A stretch of DNA of 64,000 nt from an uncultured Candidatus Saccharibacteria bacterium (lineage in GTDB: Bacteria > Patescibacteriota > Saccharimonadia > Saccharimonadales > CAYUUR01): NCBI GenBank assembly GCA_964448075.1, contig CAYUUR010000003.1, forward strand, positions 133,610 to 197,609, written 5' to 3'. Shown piece after piece: positions 63,828-64,000 of the stretch (positions within the stretch are counted from its first letter, which is position 1; the number at the start of each line of letters is the position of its first letter). The notes under the pieces are model-generated. The model searched no databases. It was not told the origin of the DNA and saw nothing but the letters and a program-made list of their open reading frames with translations. The translations under genes and the position numbers were made by a program.

Positions 63828-64000
63828 ATGATACATAAAAAGAAGATTGACCCACCAAAGCTTGAACAGTATATCGACAATAGCGCGGTATTAATTGAGG
63901 CGCTCGATTCGGTTGAGGAGTCGGTCTATATGTTTGATGCGTCTACCAATAAGGCACTCTATGCCAATCGCAGTATTCTACATATCCTGGGCTACTCCCC
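63828..64000 (+). CDS. N-terminus of a protein running off the right edge (possibly a PAS-domain sensor)
   Basis: ATG at 63828: MIHKKKIDPPKLEQYIDNSAVLIEALDSVEESVYMFDASTNKALYANRSILHILGYS; the ...YANRS...LGY pattern is PAS-like. Confidence 0.4.
   Translation, partial: MIHKKKIDPPKLEQYIDNSAVLIEALDSVEESVYMFDASTNKALYANRSILHILGYS

Overview
This is a bacterial chromosome segment with no rRNA and no CRISPR. The gene content suggests a small-genome, Gram-positive-type CPR/Patescibacteria (Saccharibacteria-like) organism: sortase plus an LPXTG protein, DUF3048, PEGA, many nucleotide-salvage genes and a DGR. That placement is inference only.

Layout:
(a) 1-17.6 kb is a housekeeping block. It holds umuDC-like genes, a two-component system, gltX, a sortase, tRNA-Leu, xth and pyrH.
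(b) About 17.6-23.9 kb is an insertion next to tRNA-Ser. It carries an IS1595-type transposase, a C-depleted iteron/ori-like tract, a replication-relaxation protein and a complete diversity-generating retroelement (target gene with VR, reverse transcriptase, TR). All 19 TR/VR mismatches fall on TR adenines.
(c) 24-37.6 kb holds mixed genes: a MacB-type ABC pair, an LPXTG protein, Crp/Fnr, SulP, Fur and others.
(d) About 37.6-63.5 kb is visibly more AT-rich and ends at tRNA-Asn. Diverged copies of the tRNA-Asn 3' end, each followed by a terminator and a short structured element, divide it into cassettes. I see no tyrosine integrase. The cargo is a nucleoside/amino-sugar-type tailoring operon (including a NUDIX-SAHH-like fusion), a large serine recombinase, a csoR-copB-DUF305 copper module, class II RNR with kinases, and a nucleoside hydrolase with a HAD phosphatase.

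Cargo-less versions of the same tRNA-linked mini-element sit downstream of tRNA-Leu and tRNA-Ser.

The two items most worth follow-up are the DGR and the tRNA-end-bounded cassette/mini-element system. All calls come from by-eye motif reading; no searches were run.
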